From Sphaerodactylus townsendi (lineage: Eukaryota), in contig NC_059431.1 of the NCBI RefSeq assembly GCF_021028975.2, forward strand, positions 103,230,001-103,294,000: 64,000 nt of DNA, in the 5' to 3' direction. Both the position numbers and the translations under genes were made by a program. Shown here one piece after another: positions 57,501-64,000 of the stretch. The notes under the pieces are model-generated. The model worked only from the letters and a program-made list of their open reading frames with translations. It was not told the origin of the DNA and did no database searches. Position 1 is the first letter of the stretch, and every line of letters starts with the position of its first letter.

Positions 57501-60500
57501 GCCAATATAAAGAATAAAGCCTCATCTAAATATAGAAGATGAATTCATATTGGGAAGAAGATTTTTTAAAAGTAATTTCTACTAAAATAAATCTCAGTTT
57601 GTGCTAATCCGAAGGAGGTTAACTTTTTTGCATCAATAATATTGTACGTAAACACTAGCAAATAAAATCTATTGCTTTTCTAACTTTTTCTCCAGGGTAC
57701 AGTGCAAATATGACTGTACTCAAACATGACAGACAACTCCGGCTTGTTGTGGGGTTCAAGCTCTTCTTTCCTTTAAATGGTGCCTGACTTGGGACACTTT
57801 TAGTCAGTTCAACCAACCATGGGATATTTGAACCAGTTGCCATGCAGTACACTCTTTGTGCATAGATACATTTTCATGTAATGCTGGTGAGTTGAATTCA
57901 GTGCAATGTTTCCTCAGGTAGAGGATTGAAATGCCTCTTGAAATTATGCTTTTGGGGGAAAGGGGTTTCTCCCAGAATAGGATTTCAGGAGGCATTTGTT
58001 GCTGCCACAGTGGGGGGGGGGGGGGGGCTGAGAAAGTTTCATGCTGAGGTGGAAGTCCTTCTGCCCATGAAAATACTGCACTGGATCCAATCCTTTGTTA
58101 TCGTTATGGCAAAAGCAATAAAGTTTTGCATAAGCCTCCACAACTCAAGCGGCAGAGCTGGGAATCAAACCCGGTTGCTACAGATCAGAGTGCACCTGTT
58201 CTTAGCCACTGCTCTTAGCCACTACACCACTGCTGCTCCCTGAACTGTACTAAGGTTCAGTCCTGTAAATAAAAAGTAATAGATAATATTCAGTTTATTA
58301 TTGGGTTACAGAAGCCCTTTGTTGCCTAAAGATTTGTTAGAAGGTCAAGTGAACCATGTGAAACATATGATGGTATGCTGTTATACCAACTAGAGTAATT
58401 TACTGTTGTCCCTAGGTAAGTGGACATTCTAAGCTAGTCTTTTATATGTGCTAAACAATTAGCCATTTGTAGATGCATGGCATCTGTTTTGTGGCATTTG
58501 GGAGTCACAGACTCTTTGGATTAGTCCAACCACCGGTGTAATGCGCATTCCCTGGTGTAAGTAGGAGCATTGAGAGATTATGCTGTTGTCATTAGCCATC
58601 CCAGGGCATTCTTTCAGACAGCTCAAGGAGAGCTAAGAGATCAGAGCCAGGACTTTCCTGTAAGTGTCAACTGCAATACTCCAGGATCTCCTGGGGAGAA
58701 GTAGCATCCGGCCATTTTGGTACTTCATTAGTGCTAGTTGTGTGCTACCAGACCTGGATCAGTTTCGTGGGTGAAAGTCTGCCACATTTGTGTACCCCTT
58801 TAGTCAAGTGACACAGGTGGAGGGAGATGCAGGACATCCTAAAAGGACGTCTACTCATTGGTATAACCTTAGCCTAACATACTGAACTTTAAATTTATCG
58901 TAGTGCACATTTTTCTGTGTGGAGGAGTGGGGAAACAAACCCAGTTCACCAGATTACAGTCCACCACTTGTGTGGAAGAGTGGGGATTCAAACCTGGTTC
59001 TCCAGATTAGCATCCACCGTTCTTAACTACTACACCATGTGACATCATAGTACTTGAACTGTGCCCTATTTTTTCTCAGTCTAGTGGGGTTGTTCTTGAA
59101 TTTGTTGATCTACAAAACGCCTCACTCTTTGATGCTCTCCCTCCAGATAAAATGTGCGACCAGATCAGCGATGCTGTGCTTGATGCTCATCTAAAAATTG
59201 ATCCAGATGCCAAGGTTGCTTGTGGTAAGTCTGAGTTGGGATCAGCATGTAGTAAGTGGAACAGGGAAGAGAAGATGGGTTGCTCCTTGGAAGGGAGACC
59301 GCCAAGGCAGGCTCTGCAGAGGAAGGCAATGGCAAACCACCACTGCTTCTCAACTGCCTCGAAAGCCCCTTGCTGGGGTCACCAGGGGTTGCCTGCAACT
59401 TGACAGCACATACATACATACAAGAACAGAATGGTATAGTGTTAGGGTTTCCAGCATCTGGTGGCTGTCATTCCCCCACAGAGGCTTTTGTTATTTCCCC
59501 ATTGAGCTTTAGTTTCCCCATAGTTAGGATGGTTTTAGTTATCTGATAAGTCTTCTCTGGGTATTTTAGTTAGCCCCTGCCCCTTCAAGACATTTCCCAA
59601 TAGGCAGTTTCCTTTCTTTACCCAACCATCCCCTGTTTTAGTTCTAGTGAATCTAGTCAGTCAGTCTGAAAGAGGTGTTAAGGGTAGTTGGAAACCGGAA
59701 TATTCGTGACGTCCATATGTTTATATGGTGGTCCAAAGAGTACAAGTCAAGCTTAGCAGCAGTTAGAACTGGAAAAAGACTGGAAGAGCTGAAAGGAAGC
59801 AAGACACAGTGGACTTTCCTAAAGCAACCAAGAGAAGACACAGTCTACACTACAGCTTCAAACCTGCTCAAGACAAGCAAGTACTCTGACTTAGATAGAC
59901 CCAAGGGAGGAGTTAGGGTCTTGCTTCTCTCCAGTAATAAATCCATTGTAAGAACTGTTGAACCTGGCTTGTGTCTCCCCCATTCTGTCCTAGCCAAGTA
60001 CAGGCCACCTCTAACAGATTCACTTGGGGGGCAGAACAGTGGCTGTAGCCCTTAGGACACTTTCTGTGGAGTAGACCTCCTTGACCAACAAAGGACTTCC
60101 TTTAAATAGAGCTCTTGAGGATTTGCCCGCTCTGTTAGGATGCAGCATGAGCACAGTGATTGTGGGAGAGACTGCTATTTCCCCAAAATGAACTGCCATT
60201 TTTAATTACAGGAAAAACAATATTTAATCAGTCTCAGCTGTTTGGGAGAAAGACAGGTTTATAAATATTTGAAATGAGTACAATTTAAACTAAATAACAG
60301 CGCTCGAGCAAATATTGCTGTCATAAATTGGCCAATGACTGTGTTACAACCGGTTTCTTGATTCAGTTCTTCCGTCCGCCATCCAACTCCTGCACCAATC
60401 TGAAAACCTTTTTAAAGGTCTAAATGTATTTTCCAGGCTGCTTTAAAAGCTGCATATTGTTATGAGAGCTTCTGAAAAGCTCAGAAGAAGAAAAAACCCT

Positions 60501-61800
60501 TCAACTGATCATCTGCTATTATGTTATATTTCCCTTTTTCATCTTTAATTTTTGTCTGTGCTTTTTTCTGCATTGAAGCACACATTGATCCAGTTCAGCA
60601 GTTGTTAACCCCCCCCCCCCAGTGCATTGCTTCTCCATAGCTTCTGCAAGGAAGGTGATATTTAAAATCTTTGATCCCTACATGTAGTAAAAGACATCAG
60701 TGGGTCCAACAATCTTGAAGCTGGGGCCTCAATGCTGCTGGCAAATAAGACAGTGGCAACAGTTCACATGTACTGACAAACCCCATGCATTGTAGTATGG
60801 GAATGAGGGTGATCATTGAGACTGTGAGATCAGTTTCCCTCCCCTCCCCTCCTCCCCAATGCACAGCTTGAAAATGAATACTTTCAGCTTTGCAGTGAAC
60901 TATGCTTGTTTATTCATGTTGTCTCCACCACAAACTGTATCTTGCGTGGTGTAGTGGTTAAGAGCAGGTGCACTCTAATGTGGAGAACCGGATTTGATTC
61001 CCCACTCTGATACTTGAGCTGTGGAGGCTGATCTGGTGAACTAGGTTAGCTTGTGCACTCCAAGACATGCCAGCTGGGTGACCTTGGGCTAGTCATAGTT
61101 CTTTGGAGCTCTCTCAGCCCCACCCACCTCACAGGGTGTTTATTGGGGAGGGGAAGGGAAAGGAGATTGTAAGCCCCTTTGAGTCTCTTTACAGGAGAGA
61201 AAGGGGGGATGCAAATCCAGACTACTACTCCTCTTTTTCTTCTTTTTCTTCTTTTTCTTCTTCTTCTTCTTTTTCTTCTTCTTCTTCTTCTTCTTCTAAA
61301 TCAAGATCACAAATTCTGGTTAGTACTGGAATATTTTACCAGTGTCAGAGGTGGAGTTAAAAGCAGAAAGGCTATATATTCAAGTTAATCAACTAAAATG
61401 TAGTTGATTAGCTATGGAAATGTAGTTGATTAACTATGGAGTAATCAAATGTAGTTGATTAACAAAATGTAGTTGATTAACTATGGAACCTATTGAATTC
61501 TGCATTAATAACAGTAAACCATCCCACAGAATCCATCCCACAGAATCCTACTAAAGTCTTCGTGAATGATCCATACAGAATGTAACATGCGCCAATGAAA
61601 GGATCGAAGGAGGCTTACGCAGTCTTTGATATGTAACATTTTAGAGTTGACTCAGTCCCTCTATCTGTTTCCTGCAGAATGTGTGGCCAAAACGGGGATG
61701 ATCTTGCTGTGTGGAGAAATTACATCTAAAGCGGTTGTGGACTACCAGCAAATTGTAAGGGAGACCTTAAAGAAGATTGGTTATGATGACTCTTCCAAAG
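54453..61800 (+). CDS. S-adenosylmethionine synthetase (methionine adenosyltransferase), 5' partial, coding exons 1-3; probable third paralogue (mat2a-like)
   Basis: join of 54453-54525, 59147-59224, 61678-61800: [91 protein letters not shown]; exons of 78 and 123 nt as in vertebrate MAT genes; continues beyond the window. Confidence 0.95.
54580..55100. mobile_element. hAT-type MITE with long internal inverted repeats
   Basis: CAGAGGCATAGC start, ...CTATGCCT end, palindromic interior. Confidence 0.7.
55782..55998 (+). mobile_element. RTE/BovB LINE 3' end; other fragments at about 856-980 (+) and 34640-34995 (-)
   Basis: Encodes [22 protein letters not shown]-like ORF end, AAGAGTCGGACA, (GAA)n tail. 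Confidence 0.75.
56538..57484 (+). mobile_element. Probable solo LTR
   Basis: TGTAA start, TATAAA 57285, AATAAA 57354, ...AACA end, internal direct repeats; no TSD found and ends uncertain. Confidence 0.5.
58905..59040 (-). mobile_element. SINE head fragment
   Basis: Reverse complement of the SINE head; another at about 58140-58240. Confidence 0.65.
59147..59224 (+). CDS. MAT-like coding exon 2
   Basis: [26 protein letters not shown], 78 nt. Confidence 0.95.
59440..60016 (+). mobile_element. Probable solo LTR
   Basis: TGTTAG...CTAACA inverted ends, AATAAA 59936-59941; no TSD found. Confidence 0.5.
60943..61297 (+). mobile_element. tRNA-derived SINE (Squam3-like) with expanded (TTC)n tail
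   Basis: Closely similar to 17738-18050. Confidence 0.82.
61397..61488. repeat. About 22-bp tandem repeat x4
   Basis: AAATGTAGTTGATTAACTATGG units. Confidence 0.85.
61678..61800 (+). CDS. MAT-like coding exon 3
   Basis: [17 protein letters not shown]...IGYDDSSK, 123 nt. Confidence 0.95.
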
Positions 61801-61921
61801 GTGAGTGGTGTTCCGCTTGCCAACTCTCCTGCCCATACAACTTGTGGGAAGTGGAAGAGCATGAATAGAAGGCTCTGCAAGAGAGAAAAAGCTAAATAGT
61901 CTCAGCACTGACTGATACTTT

Positions 61922-62805
61922 GGGCCACTCCCCACTTACCTCTTTTGAGTGCAACCCCGCAGCGACCCCGTGTAGAAAAGCCTCCGCGGCTTTTGACCAC
62001 GGAGACATTTGTTCCCCACTCATTTACCTTTCAGGAAATAGCACGGGGTTCTACAGCAAGACTCCCGTGGCAATCAAGCTTTCTGATTGAAGCAGCGCAC
62101 GCGTGTGCGTCATGTATTCCGCGTGGAGGTTAGCGGCCGGCCGAGAGGCGGGCCTTCATTTTGGCTGGTCAACTGAGATGATAGAAGTTGGTTTTGATAA
62201 GGCTGGAGGCATTGTTTTTTTGAGGCGTCGGCACATGCTGGCGTCAGTGATTAAATCGCTTGGCGGGTGATTGTGTAGGAAAAGCGAAAGTTAAAATCAG
62301 TTTCGGTTTCCACCGCTGACAACCCCGTGCTCAGCAGCACTTTGCTGTGAATGGGCGCTGCCAAGCCGCGAAGCCGTGTAGCTCGAGCAAAAAAGAGCAA
62401 TGTTGGCAAGTCTCGTTGTGCACACGTCTCAATTTCCACGAGCATGCAATGAAACGTAGAATGTAAGCCTCCGTGTCTACGTCATCGCGTAAGCGCACTT
62501 TCTGGCAATTACACCCTCCCTAAACAAAATGGCGATTCCTTTTTCCTTATTGGCCGGAAAGCTGTGTGTCACAGCGAATCAACCACGCTAAAACAGCCGA
62601 GGTTCCCCACCACCCCGCGGCACCCGCGAGGTTTTTGAAAAAGTTGCTCTTTGAAGAGGACCTAATTTGACGCGCGCCAAGGAGGTGAGAGAGCGGCAAA
62701 TTCTGGGCAGCTGCGCAGTGGCCGCTGGTGATGTGGGGAACGTCCAGGATCCCCGTGTCTTATAAAGAGGTGACCCCACAGCTTATGGTGAGTGGGGAGC
62801 GGGCC
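61922..62805. mobile_element. Longer CpG-rich member of the CCCCACTTACC-TIR family
   Basis: GGGCCACTCCCCACTTACC / GGTGAGTGGGGAGCGGGCC ends; no transposase ORF. Confidence 0.75.
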
Positions 62806-63655
62806 TTTGTCTTCCTCTAAAATTGTTTGACCCAGATGGAATCTCTAAGGCTGCAATCCTAAGGGGACTTTGCTGGGAGAGAGCCCATTACTTCTGAGTA
62901 GACCTATCCAGGATTCCTTCCTATGATGTGCTCTGAAAGTACTGCCAGAAGAACTGCATCCCTGGACTGGTTGGAAAATGCACATTTTAACCCCTTTCCT
63001 TTTGTAGCCTGGTCAGACATCCATGAATGATGTCTAGGGGTGCCCGTGGGTGTGAAATATTGGGTATCATTTCAAAGAACAAAATGCCTTCCCTGTACTT
63101 ACAGTGCAGTCCTAAGAACTCCTTCCAGGAAATAAGCCCCACTGGGTGGAACTGGGTCAACTTGCTTAGGATTATTCTGTTAGAAACATAGTAAAGACTG
63201 TTCAGAAGTTCCAGCTGGTAGGAAATGCAGCAGCAGCTTATTTACAGGGTTAAAGTACAGCGGAGGTATGTCACCAGTTCTAAAAGAGCACCACCGGCTA
63301 TAGATTTCTACTGGGCATAGTGCAAACTGCCTTTTGGTCAGGAATCGGACACTTAAAGGATCATCTCCTCATCTGTGTACTTGCCCAGCAACTTAAGATC
63401 ATTGGTGGGTAGGGTTGCCAGATCTCCCCTGACACCGACTGGGGCGGGAACAGAATATTGCCAGATCCAGGTTGGGAAATTCCTGGAGATTTGGGGATGG
63501 AGGAGGAAAGAGACCTCAGTGGGGTACAATGCCGTAGAGGTCACCCTTCAAAGCACCCCTTTTCTCCGGGAGAAGTGATCTCTGTAGTCTGGAGATCAGT
63601 TGTAATTCTGGATCCCCAGTTCCTACCAGGGCTTGTTTCCCTATTGGCAGAGGTC

Positions 63656-63657
<2 letters not shown>

Positions 63658-63713
<56 letters not shown>
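63658..63713. repeat. (GA)n microsatellite
   Basis: Direct reading; others (TG)n 46107-46135, (CA)n 13952-13977, (TAA)n 23649-23670. Confidence 0.95.
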
Positions 63714-63718
<5 letters not shown>

Positions 63719-64000
63719 TGCCCTGCTTTTCTCACCAGTGGAGACCCACAACCGCTTGCAGACTCATTCTCCTCCCCTCTGTTTTATCTTCTAACAATCC
63801 TGTGAGGTGGATTAAGCTAAGTGTGTGTGCCTAGTCCAAGGTCACCCACCAAGCTTTCTTAGAAGATTGAGTATTCAAGCCTGGATGTTCTGCATCATAC
63901 TCTAACCCAGTGATTCCCAACCAGGGTTCCGTGGTACCCTGGGGTACCACGACAATGCTACCGCCTTCCCCCCCCCGGAATCAAATGGATTTTGAAGAGG

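Overview
Eukaryotic genomic DNA, very probably a gekkotan lizard (inferred from Squam3-like and 5S/BovB SINEs, CR1, L2, Penelope and hAT/Harbinger MITEs). Four spliced protein-coding genes were reconstructed by hand, all with GT-AG introns and consistent phases: ATP5ME (minus, 4 coding exons, 71 aa), MYL5 (plus, 7 exons, 172 aa), TMEM175 (minus, 10 exons, 502 aa), and the first three coding exons of an S-adenosylmethionine synthetase (plus, runs off the window) that by location and sequence looks like a third MAT paralogue rather than MAT1A or MAT2A. Most supplied ORFs are repeat-derived or antisense noise. Main leads: (1) a perfect 22-bp inverted repeat, extendable up to the branch point, that would loop out the frame-preserving ATP5ME exon 3; (2) the third MAT gene with an altered GHPDK motif; (3) an 18 x 66-bp minisatellite carrying MRE/ETS/MEIS-like motifs between the divergent TMEM175 and MAT genes; (4) minimal hammerhead ribozyme motifs in Penelope-like inserts, one with an intact core in sense within TMEM175 intron 1; (5) a CR1 tail that appears to supply a TMEM175 branch point. 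Repeat family names and comparisons with human proteins are from memory, not from searches.
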